The translations under genes were made by a program, and so were the position numbers. Shown in pieces: positions 37,603 through 47,266 of a DNA stretch of 64,000 nt; the first letter of the stretch is position 1; the number at the start of each line of letters is the position of its first letter. Source of the stretch: Promethearchaeia archaeon (lineage in GTDB: Archaea > Asgardarchaeota > Lokiarchaeia > Sigyniarchaeales > SOKP01); contig JAHQWJ010000143.1 of NCBI GenBank assembly GCA_029856125.1, forward strand, positions 1 to 64,000, given 5' to 3'. The notes under the pieces were generated by a model. That model was not told the origin of the DNA and did no database searches. It was given only the letters and a program-made list of their open reading frames with translations.

Positions 37603-38601
37603 TTATTTTTTTCCTTCTTCAATATACTCCTTATACCAATTGATTGTCTCTTCTAAACCTTCTTTTAATGGAGTAATTTTATAACCCAATTTATTAATGG
37701 CTTTTTTTGAGGAATACGATCTATGATATTTTATTGCTCTTAGTGTAGGTCGAGTTAAATAAGGGCTTTTCTTATTAAACTTAGCTTTAACTTCCAATAA
37801 CCAAGCATATGCCATCGCAAATATGAAAGGAAGCTTTATTGCTTTTTTATCTCTTCCTATTTTGGCGATTAAATCAAGATATTCTTTAAATCTAACATTT
37901 TCTCCCCCAAGAATAAAATCTTCCCCAAAAAGATCTTCTCTATTTATTACGTCCGCTAAAACATTTGATGCATCATATACATAAGATAGACAAGTCATAG
38001 CTTCTCCCTTTCCGGGACAAATGCCCAAGGGAAACATTTTTCCCCTCATAACATCAAATAGCATTCTACCGAATATATTAAAATCTCCTGGACCGTATAC
38101 GATTCCGGGATAAAACATCATCACTTTCAAACCTTTTGGTATATAACTCTTCACGAGTTTTTTCGCCTGGAATTTAGATTTCTCATATTCCATAAAAAAA
38201 TCCTCTTTTTCATGAGTCTCATCAACCGGTTCTTGAGGTGTAGGACCTAAAGCAGTAAAGGAACTAACATAAAATAATTTTAGATTGTTTTCAAGAGCAA
38301 CATTAACGACGTTTTCTGTACCCTTTACATTAACATCATAATAAATCGATTTATCCTTCGCCCATATGCCTGTATAAGCGGCAAGATGATATATAGCATC
38401 TACTTTATTCACAGCTTTTTCCAAACTGCTAATATCTTGGACGTCGCCAATAACATAATCAATATCATTAAGTTCCTTAAATGGTGTTGTATTACTACTC
38501 TCTCTTATCAGTAATTTTAATTTATGTCCTAATTCGTGTAATTTTTTGACTAAAGGAATCCCAATAAATCCCGTTCCTCCAGTTATAAGTATATTGGCCA
38601 T
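37603..38601 (-). CDS. Extended SDR, NAD-dependent epimerase/dehydratase (HpnA/DFR/3beta-HSD-like)
   Basis: ITGGTGFIG, HLAA, NVKGT, YEKSK, PGIVYGPGD; ATG 38601 preferred over the track TTG 38628. Confidence 0.9.
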   Translation of the reverse strand: MANILITGGTGFIGIPLVKKLHELGHKLKLLIRESSNTTPFKELNDIDYVIGDVQDISSLEKAVNKVDAIYHLAAYTGIWAKDKSIYYDVNVKGTENVVNVALENNLKLFYVSSFTALGPTPQEPVDETHEKEDFFMEYEKSKFQAKKLVKSYIPKGLKVMMFYPGIVYGPGDFNIFGRMLFDVMRGKMFPLGICPGKGEAMTCLSYVYDASNVLADVINREDLFGEDFILGGENVRFKEYLDLIAKIGRDKKAIKLPFIFAMAYAWLLEVKAKFNKKSPYLTRPTLRAIKYHRSYSSKKAINKLGYKITPLKEGLEETINWYKEYIEEGKK

Positions 38602-38747
38602 TATAAAAATAAGTAATTGTATTTTCAAGTCTTAAATAAAAGAGAATCATTAAATCTTGTTTTTAAAACTTTTAAAACAATTAATATTATTAAAATAAGA
38701 GAAGTTTAGGAAGTTTGACAAACATGTAATCAATTTAAAAAGAAGTC

Positions 38748-39614
38748 TTATTGACCAATCCAAGATATGATATATTTTAATTCCTTGGGTTGTTCGAGTT
38801 TTGGCTCTAAAAACTCCCATCTTCCGTCCACTCCAACTTCTTTAGCAGTTAGATCAAAGTGACAAATCGCAATCCCTATATCGATATTAACGAATGTATT
38901 GTAACCTTTCATTTTTGAGTCTTTTGAGAATTTAACATAGAAATGAAAATTATCACAATCTTCTTCTTTTAATACTCTCCATGGTTGTTTGTTGCCGGCA
39001 GATGGAGCAAGTCTAATCATTTCCAGCAAAGTTTCAAATCTACCTGTTGTCTCTCGAGGAAGGGCTGTAGAGAAGGTTTTTTCAAAAAATACCTTACTCC
39101 AAGGAAATCGAGAATCAGCTTTAACGATCGTCCGCATAACTTTCTCTTTTCTGCGTCTAATTTCAGGAGTGTATCCAATAGGCGTAATTGCTGGAACTAA
39201 CTCGTTTTTTTGGCAATTTATTTTAGTAGAAAAAAGACTTCTGTTAAATGTTCCTCCGAGCCAACATGTACCTAAATTCAAATCAGTAGCTGCTAAAATT
39301 ATAGCTTCCAAGATGTATCCATAATTTTCTTTATAATAATCGGATTTTTCAATCGCTCCCACTATAAACTCTTGAGCACCCTTGATTAGCCCATAAGTTC
39401 CTAATTTTTTTCTTTCATCGGGAGCAAATTCAGGGACTCCAATTAATTCAAATCGAGTTTTTCCCGCGAGCTCACTAAAAGGACTTTTAAAATCTTCAAA
39501 TGTTAAAATTTGATTAATCTTCTTCTTCGTATCATCTTCAAGTAATTGATTAGAAAAAGTTCTCCAAGATGTCCGTTCCGTTATAATGTCAATTATAGAT
39601 TTAGAAAATACCAT
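38748..39614 (-). CDS. Nitroreductase family protein (tandem-domain type)
   Basis: RTSWRTF, LGTCWLGG, LAPSAGNKQPW, DIGIAICHF. Confidence 0.88.
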   Translation of the reverse strand: MVFSKSIIDIITERTSWRTFSNQLLEDDTKKKINQILTFEDFKSPFSELAGKTRFELIGVPEFAPDERKKLGTYGLIKGAQEFIVGAIEKSDYYKENYGYILEAIILAATDLNLGTCWLGGTFNRSLFSTKINCQKNELVPAITPIGYTPEIRRRKEKVMRTIVKADSRFPWSKVFFEKTFSTALPRETTGRFETLLEMIRLAPSAGNKQPWRVLKEEDCDNFHFYVKFSKDSKMKGYNTFVNIDIGIAICHFDLTAKEVGVDGRWEFLEPKLEQPKELKYIISWIGQ

Positions 39615-39685
39615 AACATTTCATAATTAACGGCACTATATATATAATTTTGCGCCTAATAAGACATTAATCTGGGGTTTAACAA

Positions 39686-40021
39686 TTAATCGGGCAAAAT
39701 TCTACTTATTTTTATCATAGTATGCTTTAGATATTGTTTCATGTAATGTCTTTCGCTATTACAATAATTTAACTTTTCAAAGTTAGATAATTCTTCGCGA
39801 TTGCTTAAGATAGCATGGATATCTTCCACCATGGTTAAATATTCTTTTTTAGCAACATCGCATTCCTGAATGAGTAAATCAATAGGATTGCTTATGTTAT
39901 AAGAAGTTTTTCCGGCATTAATCTCTTCCTTACTTAGATTAAGATTAGGCTCATTTATGTTAATTGTTTCGAATGTATTTTCAACATCTTTGTTGTTAAT
40001 GAAACCCTTAGAAATAAGTAT
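39686..40021 (-). pseudogene. Unannotated 111-codon open frame without a canonical start (gene remnant, or ATA/ATT-initiated gene)
   Basis: Stop-to-stop frame ILISKGFINNKDVENTFETINI...NPIDLLIQECDVAKKEYLTMVEDIH...ILPD* between TGA 40024-40022 and TAA 39688-39686. Confidence 0.4.
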
Positions 40022-40149
40022 TCATCCCGGAGAATTTTCGATTTAAAAAAAATAATCCAAGACAGCTATTTAAAATAAAAGCCTCAGTTAATTTATCATG
40101 AAATTAAGAAGTGCATTATTTAAAAAAAAAAAGATTTAATTATAGATAC

Positions 40150-40716
40150 CTAGATTTTTGAACCGCAATTTTCACAAAAATTGCCTTCTGAAGGTAATTC
40201 ATGACCGCAATACACACAATATCCTTTTCCTTTCGTTTCTAATGGCTCTGCTAACTGTTTTGGAGGAACTACAAATTCCTCTGATTTAACATAAGCAACT
40301 TTTTCACCAAGGATTATCTCTCCCGTTTCCGAGTTAAAGCGGTAGCTAATAGCTCCTTTTTGACGCAAGTCGATAAGCACTTTAAGCACATCCCTAGGTT
40401 TAATTCCGACTTCGAGAGCTATGTCTTCTAATTTATGAGTTCCTTGATTACTGCGATCCAAAATTGCAACTCTCACAGATTTTTGGAATTTTTCATTAGT
40501 ATAATACTGCTGGACGCCCCCAAGAATTATAAAGAATGCAGGAATGAAAAGCCAGTATCCCCAAGAGTTAAGGCCAATAAAGTTAACATTGAAAGCTATA
40601 AAAAACAAGGATAAAATTGCTACAAATAAGAATACAAATCCACATCCAAGCGTTTCAATTGCGGCTTCGTATTTTTTTTTGGAATAGTATCGATTTCTAT
40701 AATTGTCACTTGACAT
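40150..40716 (-). CDS. Two-TM protein with PCI/winged-helix-like domain and C-terminal zinc ribbon
   Basis: Two TM helices; LEDIALEVGIKPRDVLKVLIDLRQKGAISYRFNSETG; CVYCG...CENCG. Confidence 0.7.
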   Translation of the reverse strand: MSSDNYRNRYYSKKKYEAAIETLGCGFVFLFVAILSLFFIAFNVNFIGLNSWGYWLFIPAFFIILGGVQQYYTNEKFQKSVRVAILDRSNQGTHKLEDIALEVGIKPRDVLKVLIDLRQKGAISYRFNSETGEIILGEKVAYVKSEEFVVPPKQLAEPLETKGKGYCVYCGHELPSEGNFCENCGSKI

Positions 40717-40820
40717 GATTTCTAACCTTTTTTCAATAGTAGAAATTCTAAATAACGAGATGATTTAATAATTAAAAAAGATTTGGAGTCCAATTTATAA
40801 AAATATTTTAAAAATAATTT

Positions 40821-42461
40821 TTAGAATATGTTAAAAGCCTTTCCCATCCAGTATACGACCAAATAACTATTAGGTATTACCTGTTTTAATCCAATATTAT
40901 CAGATTCATTATTACCGCCAGTTCCAAAAAATTTACTATGTTCCCAGAGAAAGTGGTGAACGCCCATTTCGGATACTGTTAAAGGAAGTTTGTATTGAGT
41001 ATCTCTTGGATCGTCGAGATCGATTGTTTCTCCAACCCACGAGAAGAGAGTTCCATATATGTTATTTTCGAAGAATTCAGACCATTTTGCTCTACTAGGA
41101 TCAATATCCATCTTAGCTATGTCTGGATTTAAACTAGTGGCTCTCGTAGAATTAGGTCTTAATGTTAAATTATAATCTCTTATCCCATTTCCCCAACCAG
41201 AAGTGTTAAAGCGCCACAATTGATCCAAAACATCCCATTTTAAGGTTTCATCGTTATAATTAGGGTCTTCAAATAAAGCCGAATCTTTAATCATTTTCAT
41301 AAAAACCAAATGTATAATATTAAAAAAAGCATTACGGTGGTATCTCAAGAAACTATAAAATCCTTCCTCGAATCTTTTTATATAATGGTGTTGAAGTAGA
41401 GGGTTATCTTCTAAAATTATTAGCGCAAACTCTACATCCATGCTAAAAGCTAGAGCATAGGTGTCGTAAGCAGTATTGCTAGCTGATCCCATGTGACCAT
41501 GGTGCATAGACATGATTTTTGTTGCAGCATAATGATAAAGCGAATCATATCTATCTGGATAGGCTGTAGCTCCTATGCGAAGCAAAGCTAATTGCCACAT
41601 GCTTTCACCTAATATCGGATTTAAATCTGATCCAACAGGTTCTCCTTCTCCACCCAATACAAGCCAATTTGTTTTGCGAAAGCCTTCTATCATTTGAGCT
41701 GTTAATAATTTGATCCTTTCAACGCACCATCTGCTTTCTTCATTGGCTTCAGGATCGATGAATTTTAACACGCTAGCGAATCCCAGATAGTATCCCGCTA
41801 GCTCGTCACGAGATGTGTGCAACCTTACTCTCCAATTTTTGTAAATTCCTGTTCCATTAAAATGACGGGGGTGAGGATTAGGTGAATCTTGATCAAATAA
41901 CCACTCGTGATATTTCCGATTTTCTGGAGCAGATACAAATCTTGCAGGCATTCCAGGGTAATCGGGGCCTATGCCTCCGTTAGGAGCAGCAAGCATATTG
42001 CTGAATCCTGTAACACATTTTTTAACCATACGCGTTGCATTATTTAGCTCGTCCAAATCGTCGTTTTCCAATGCATATTTATAGCGTAAGCTTTGAGATG
42101 CAAGTGTATAACCTAAATGCAAATTTCCATTATCGGTACTATGATAGCTCTGAACTTCGTTATACGAGTAATTTGTGAATGTAATATCTATACTAATGTT
42201 AGTAGGAATGTGCCATTTTTCTAACTGATAATCGTATTTTTCAGCCATTTGGTCTAGATAAGTTTGATTTCCTACTATTTGATCTAAGGGGGTAAAAAAA
42301 TTGGTGTTTGGAGGTTCAAGGTGTAGAGTGAGTGATGCGAGATCGTCGAGAATGCCTAGACCAAAACCAATAAAACTAAAAAAACTTATTACAGGGATCA
42401 AAAGCAGAAATGTTACCACGATATTTTTCTTTAAAAGATTTTTTCTCGTTCTTATTCGCAT
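40821..42461 (-). CDS. Exported/membrane-anchored helical protein, possibly alpha/alpha-toroid enzyme
   Basis: N-terminal signal anchor; aromatic-rich helical body with DNGN and TSRDELAGYY motifs; function not recognised. Confidence 0.55.
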   Translation of the reverse strand: MRIRTRKNLLKKNIVVTFLLLIPVISFFSFIGFGLGILDDLASLTLHLEPPNTNFFTPLDQIVGNQTYLDQMAEKYDYQLEKWHIPTNISIDITFTNYSYNEVQSYHSTDNGNLHLGYTLASQSLRYKYALENDDLDELNNATRMVKKCVTGFSNMLAAPNGGIGPDYPGMPARFVSAPENRKYHEWLFDQDSPNPHPRHFNGTGIYKNWRVRLHTSRDELAGYYLGFASVLKFIDPEANEESRWCVERIKLLTAQMIEGFRKTNWLVLGGEGEPVGSDLNPILGESMWQLALLRIGATAYPDRYDSLYHYAATKIMSMHHGHMGSASNTAYDTYALAFSMDVEFALIILEDNPLLQHHYIKRFEEGFYSFLRYHRNAFFNIIHLVFMKMIKDSALFEDPNYNDETLKWDVLDQLWRFNTSGWGNGIRDYNLTLRPNSTRATSLNPDIAKMDIDPSRAKWSEFFENNIYGTLFSWVGETIDLDDPRDTQYKLPLTVSEMGVHHFLWEHSKFFGTGGNNESDNIGLKQVIPNSYLVVYWMGKAFNIF

Positions 42462-42539
42462 TTAGACCACTACTCTTTCACAATTGATATAAAATATCTC
42501 AAGTGTTTTATTATGTATTTATGTTCACTCTTTTATTAT

Positions 42540-43283
42540 TTAAATCTTTAAAAATTGAAGCCATGATGGATCGTCTCTTAAGTGTTCATATATTTGCTTA
42601 ACGCCTAAGTCAACTCTGAATTGATTTTTTCCCATTTCTACAACTCTTACCTCCCAATTTTGTTCTTTTATCCCTTTTAGAAGAGCTTTAGGAACTTCTA
42701 TTTCACCACTTTTGGAAGGTGAGAGATTTCTCAAAACATTAAAAATGGTTTTAGAAAAAACGAATACGCCACAATTATTCAAGTTAGTCTTCGAGGTTCC
42801 GAGTTGAGGTTTTTCGATTATATTGATACAAATCTCGCCATCGCTATAAATTGCAGCGCCTAAGTAAGGATCTTCTGTGTAATTAGCAACTAAAATATAA
42901 TCATACTTTTCTTTTTGATGTATCTTAACCACATCTTTATAAATCTTATAAGGCACTAAAATATCTCCCCATGTTAAAAAAAAGTGGTTATTAATAATAG
43001 AATTCTCACAAAGCAATAAGGCTCCTCCAGTCCCATTTAACTTATCTTGCTTAATATATTCAATATTTACATTCCAATTCTTACCACTTTGGAAATAGCT
43101 AATAATTTGTTCTTTTCTATAACCAACCACAAAAATGAATTCTCGAAAGCCTGCGGATATCAATCCTTCTAAAATATATTCTAAAAAAGGTTTATCATGA
43201 AGTTTCAGCATCGTTTTTTGATATTTGTTAGTATAAGGTTGTAACCTCGTTCCTTGACCCGCGCAGAGTATTATTGCTTTCAA
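42540..43283 (-). CDS. Sugar-phosphate nucleotidyltransferase
   Basis: ILCAGQGTRLQP, GTGGAL, WGD, IEKP; 4-bp overlap with the upstream kinase. Confidence 0.9.
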   Translation of the reverse strand: MKAIILCAGQGTRLQPYTNKYQKTMLKLHDKPFLEYILEGLISAGFREFIFVVGYRKEQIISYFQSGKNWNVNIEYIKQDKLNGTGGALLLCENSIINNHFFLTWGDILVPYKIYKDVVKIHQKEKYDYILVANYTEDPYLGAAIYSDGEICINIIEKPQLGTSKTNLNNCGVFVFSKTIFNVLRNLSPSKSGEIEVPKALLKGIKEQNWEVRVVEMGKNQFRVDLGVKQIYEHLRDDPSWLQFLKI

Positions 43284-44383
43284 TAAGTCTCAACTCCATA
43301 ACTTGTTTTTATATCGTACGCCTTTCCTCCCGCTTTTCGAATAGTTTCCTTAAGAATCTGTTCATTATTAGGAAATAGCGCGAATATCGTCCCACCAAAG
43401 CCCGAACCGTTAATCTTACTACCAAAAGCTCCGGTTTCTAGACAATCTTCAATAATTTTATTAATTTTACTTGTTGATACCCCAATATTGTCCCTCAATT
43501 GCTCTTGATGCTGATTTAAGAGAGTTCCAAGCTTTTGATAGAAATCAAGATCAACACTTGGGCTAATTCCTTGTTTAACTGAAATAATATAATTTTCAAT
43601 TAAATTTTTAGCTTTATTGGTGATGTCCCGATTTATTATGTTTCCAATTATCTTCCTTTTATATTCTTCCTTTATACTGGACAAATAAGGCTCAATATCT
43701 TCTAATTTTGTGTAGAAGCGATCGAATTTTGGAAAAATCGAATTTAATATCTCGAATGCTTTTAAAGATGAAAATTTGGTTCTAATTAAGTCGTCAACGG
43801 TTGCTTTTTTCTCCATAGAATTTCCTAAAACAAATCCTTTAAGAGTTAGATCATATGTTTTTAATTGAGGTTTAGATCCATCTGGTTTTAAAAAGATTAA
43901 ATTACCAAATACCGATGTGAAGTGGTCCATCATACCACCTCCTTCTTGAAATTCTTTTACTTCCGTATTGTATCCTTCTAATGCCATTTGAAAAGGTTCC
44001 ATTTTTCTTTCAGTTATGAAATTTAAAAAATATAACCAGCATATAACTAATGCAGAAGAACTCGCAACACCTGCATTAATTGGGATGTCCCCAGTGATTT
44101 TTATTTTATATCCTTCAGTAAACCTGAATTTTTTCCGAATGAACTGATTATAACCACTTATTAAATAATCCCTCTTTGATGTATAATCCAGTTCCTTGTT
44201 ATTAAGCGGAATTTCCATGAATTGATTTAAGTTTGGTAAACTTATTTCGAATTTCTTCTCAGGAATTCTCTTTGCTTCTAAATAAATGTATTTAGATATA
44301 GCCATTGAAATAATGGGGTAATGTAAATAATCTTGATGTTCACCAAAAAGACATATTCTTCCTGGAGATTTTATCCTTATCAT
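43280..44383 (-). CDS. GHMP kinase (galactokinase-like sugar kinase)
   Basis: SPGRICLFGEHQDY, PINAGVASSSA, GMMDH, GSKINGSGFGG. Confidence 0.9.
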   Translation of the reverse strand: MIRIKSPGRICLFGEHQDYLHYPIISMAISKYIYLEAKRIPEKKFEISLPNLNQFMEIPLNNKELDYTSKRDYLISGYNQFIRKKFRFTEGYKIKITGDIPINAGVASSSALVICWLYFLNFITERKMEPFQMALEGYNTEVKEFQEGGGMMDHFTSVFGNLIFLKPDGSKPQLKTYDLTLKGFVLGNSMEKKATVDDLIRTKFSSLKAFEILNSIFPKFDRFYTKLEDIEPYLSSIKEEYKRKIIGNIINRDITNKAKNLIENYIISVKQGISPSVDLDFYQKLGTLLNQHQEQLRDNIGVSTSKINKIIEDCLETGAFGSKINGSGFGGTIFALFPNNEQILKETIRKAGGKAYDIKTSYGVETY

Positions 44384-44598
44384 ATTACTTTTTCAATGAA
44401 AGTTAAGAAATTGAAAATAATATTCAAATTCCAAATAATTATATTTCCTTATCGTTTAAAGATTTCAATATTTTTTTTATATTACTAGGATATTACTTTT
44501 TTTTTTCTTCTTTGGATATTAGATTTTATTGATACTTAGGTTGATGATTTTATTTGAGTTTTTATTAATAACTGAATAAAGTAAGACGAGTTTAATTC

Positions 44599-45345
44599 AT
44601 GATACATGATTTCTTAATTATTAAAGATGGCTTACCGCTATTGTTTAAGAATTTTTCTATTCTTAAAAATATTTTCTCAGAAACAGATTCATTACTTATG
44701 GTATCTGGGTTTTTTTCAGCACTGAACTCGTTTTCTGACTCTTTTGAGGATTTAGGAACAATTAGCGAATTGAAATTATCTAATAATGACTTAAAATTAT
44801 CGTTTTTAAAGGACTCAAGCATTCCAAATTTAATTTACATTGCCACATACGATGAAAAATCTAAACCCGTAAATGTTTTAAGAATTTTAAGGAAGCTATC
44901 TCGAACATTTTTACAAAAATTCAGTATCGATGCAATATTAAATTGGAGAGGTAATACTAATGCATTCAAATCTTTTGAGAATATCTTAGAGGGTTTTGTA
45001 GACGAAGAGTTGAATGAAAGCGATACTGGCTTTAAGGAAAGAGTTGTTGAGCTATTTAGAAACGTTGAAGAGAGATTAAATGAAGAATCCAACTTACAAG
45101 CTTTAAGAAATAAATTAGATCCTCCACCTAACTTACCTTCTTATTGTAATCAAATCCCCCGATTCACGACAACAAAAAAGATTAATCCTAAATATTACTT
45201 GTCAGGAGTAACTTCGCAAAAAATATATTATCAAATCGATGGGAAAAAATCTATAAGACAGATAACGGAAGGCTTGAATTTAAAGCACGCGCAAGTCTAC
45301 AATATATGTAAAAACCTAATAAAAATGGGCTTCATAAAATTCTGA
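44599..45345 (+). CDS. Longin + winged-helix protein, NPRL2 (GATOR1)-like
   Basis: FLIIKDGLPLL...VSGFFSALNSFS longin; C-terminal QKIYYQIDGKKSIRQITEGLNL...ICKNLIKMGFI. Confidence 0.65.
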   Translation: MIHDFLIIKDGLPLLFKNFSILKNIFSETDSLLMVSGFFSALNSFSDSFEDLGTISELKLSNNDLKLSFLKDSSIPNLIYIATYDEKSKPVNVLRILRKLSRTFLQKFSIDAILNWRGNTNAFKSFENILEGFVDEELNESDTGFKERVVELFRNVEERLNEESNLQALRNKLDPPPNLPSYCNQIPRFTTTKKINPKYYLSGVTSQKIYYQIDGKKSIRQITEGLNLKHAQVYNICKNLIKMGFIKF

Positions 45346-45417
45346 TTATGAGGGATTGATCAAAGATTTATAAAATGAGAAATTAAATATTATCTTAAAT
45401 TTTTTATTCAATAGAAA

Positions 45418-45714
45418 TTAGCCTTGAACTCTTTTTTGGTGCTGTTTTTTCCTTTTTTTCTCTCGATCTTTAATTTCAGCTTCCAATTCAGCATCGCTTT
45501 TTCCTTCAAATTTGAAGGTTCCAACAATTTTGCTTTCTTCTTTATCTCCTTTTTTACTTATTTTTTCGAAAGATATTGAAACCGGTTTATCTTGATCTAA
45601 AGCTAAATTAATGAAGTTTATAAAACCTAAATGTTTGCTTGGAGCTATGCTAAATTTAAGGTATACATCTTTGTCTTTTTTGGTTGTAGTTCTCAGTACT
45701 AGTCTTAATTTCAA
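45418..45714 (-). CDS. Hypothetical basic protein
   Basis: 98-aa ORF, TTG start after GTGA; fills the gap between genes. Confidence 0.65.
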   Translation of the reverse strand: MKLRLVLRTTTKKDKDVYLKFSIAPSKHLGFINFINLALDQDKPVSISFEKISKKGDKEESKIVGTFKFEGKSDAELEAEIKDREKKRKKQHQKRVQG

Positions 45715-45849
45715 AGTGTATCACATAAAATTTTTCTTTAATCTTTTTATTAAGCTAATTAAAATTATTATTTTAAAAAAATTTTATTATTATTTTATTA
45801 TTATTAAATTTATTAAAAAGAGTCATAAAACAAAGTGAATACATAGGAT

Positions 45850-46473
45850 ATGGCATCAAAATTTAGACTTCGCAGAATTTTCAAACCATTAGTGAAAAGA
45901 GTTGCACATCTCCTAAGTAGAGTGGGTTTAAGTCCAAATTTAGCTACGATTTCTATGCTTAGTTTTTCTATTATAAGTTTCATTCTTCTCGTTTTCTTAT
46001 CGAATTTGCTTTTATTTTCAATATTTGTCTTCGCAACTGGCTTTTTTGATGGGGTTGATGGAGCTATCGCACGGGAACAGGAAAGGGTAACGAAATTTGG
46101 AGGATTTTTTGATTCTTTAATGGATAGAGTAAGTGAATTCGTAATATTTTTAGCGCTTTTGATTTACAGCTGGAATAGCATTTTATGGGGTATTTTTGAA
46201 ATGAAAATTATTATCCTAATATCATTTTTTAGCTCCGTTATGATAAGTTATTTAAGAGCGAGGGCAGAGGTGTTTTTTAAAGGTGATTTTGATTTTGGTC
46301 TGATGGCAAGATCCGAGAGGTTATTTTATTTAGTTGTTACGATGTTGATTGCGAATTTTATCGGTTATGTAAACGAATTTTTATTCGTTTTCATGCTTTT
46401 AGTATTAGCCACTGCTTTTTTCAGATATTTTAAAATTAAGATTCTTATAAAAGAATACGAGAATAAGATGTAA
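45850..46473 (+). CDS. CDP-alcohol phosphatidyltransferase (archaetidylinositol-phosphate synthase-like)
   Basis: SPN; DGVDGAIAR...GGFFDSLMDRVSE; SYLRARAE; RSER. Confidence 0.92.
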   Translation: MASKFRLRRIFKPLVKRVAHLLSRVGLSPNLATISMLSFSIISFILLVFLSNLLLFSIFVFATGFFDGVDGAIAREQERVTKFGGFFDSLMDRVSEFVIFLALLIYSWNSILWGIFEMKIIILISFFSSVMISYLRARAEVFFKGDFDFGLMARSERLFYLVVTMLIANFIGYVNEFLFVFMLLVLATAFFRYFKIKILIKEYENKM

Positions 46474-46516
46474 AGTTAATTAACTCTCATCACTCTTTCC
46501 CAAGCTAAACCTGTTC

Positions 46517-47266
46517 TTAGTTACTAAAATTTAGTTCAATTATTAATTTATCACCATCTTTGAGGTTAAAAAAATCTCTCAAATAAGGTTTAGCCAAGAT
46601 TTCAATTGTATTTTCTTCGTGATGAGTTCTTTGGATATCAAGTATTGCAGCTTTAATTTTATTCTCATGATTATCTAAGCGTGAGATAAAACAATCATAA
46701 CAATGGACGCTCCCATAAGTCCGCTCTGAGTTATCGTCTTCAAATCCTGAGATAATCACTGGCTTAATATATTTTATCTTTTCTCTTAATAAATCGATAT
46801 TCGTATCATTTAGTTCTAAATTCAATGTGCCTTTATATGGTAAAAACCCTAATTTATCTTGAAATTGATCAAAGTATCCTTTAATTGCAACATAGTAAGC
46901 ACCTTCCTTTATTCCACTCTGAACAGAACCTAGGATAACAATGCTTGCAAGAATTTCCTTTAAATTTTTATACATCAAGAGCATTATATTATTTCCTTCT
47001 CTCGTAACGACAATTTTTTGGGTTTTTTTCTCAGTTTTTCTTTTAATCCACCCGAGGTTCTCCAAATCGCTAATTCTTCTCGAAGCAGTTTGTTGACTCA
47101 AGTTCAGAAGTTTCCCAAACTCTACACTGCTAATATTAATTGTTTGTCGATATTCTATATGCTTACAAAGTTGATAGAGAGCAAACCAATTAGCATAGTT
47201 TTCAGGTGATATCTCTCCTCTATCTGACATAACATCACTCAAAATATTAATTCTTATATTGTTCAA
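46517..47266 (-). CDS. ribK: HTH-fused CTP-dependent riboflavin kinase (RbkR type)
   Basis: SQQTASR HTH; VQSGIKEGAYY; PYKGTLN; IEILAKPYLR...LKDGD. Confidence 0.92.
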   Translation of the reverse strand: MNNIRINILSDVMSDRGEISPENYANWFALYQLCKHIEYRQTINISSVEFGKLLNLSQQTASRRISDLENLGWIKRKTEKKTQKIVVTREGNNIMLLMYKNLKEILASIVILGSVQSGIKEGAYYVAIKGYFDQFQDKLGFLPYKGTLNLELNDTNIDLLREKIKYIKPVIISGFEDDNSERTYGSVHCYDCFISRLDNHENKIKAAILDIQRTHHEENTIEILAKPYLRDFFNLKDGDKLIIELNFSN

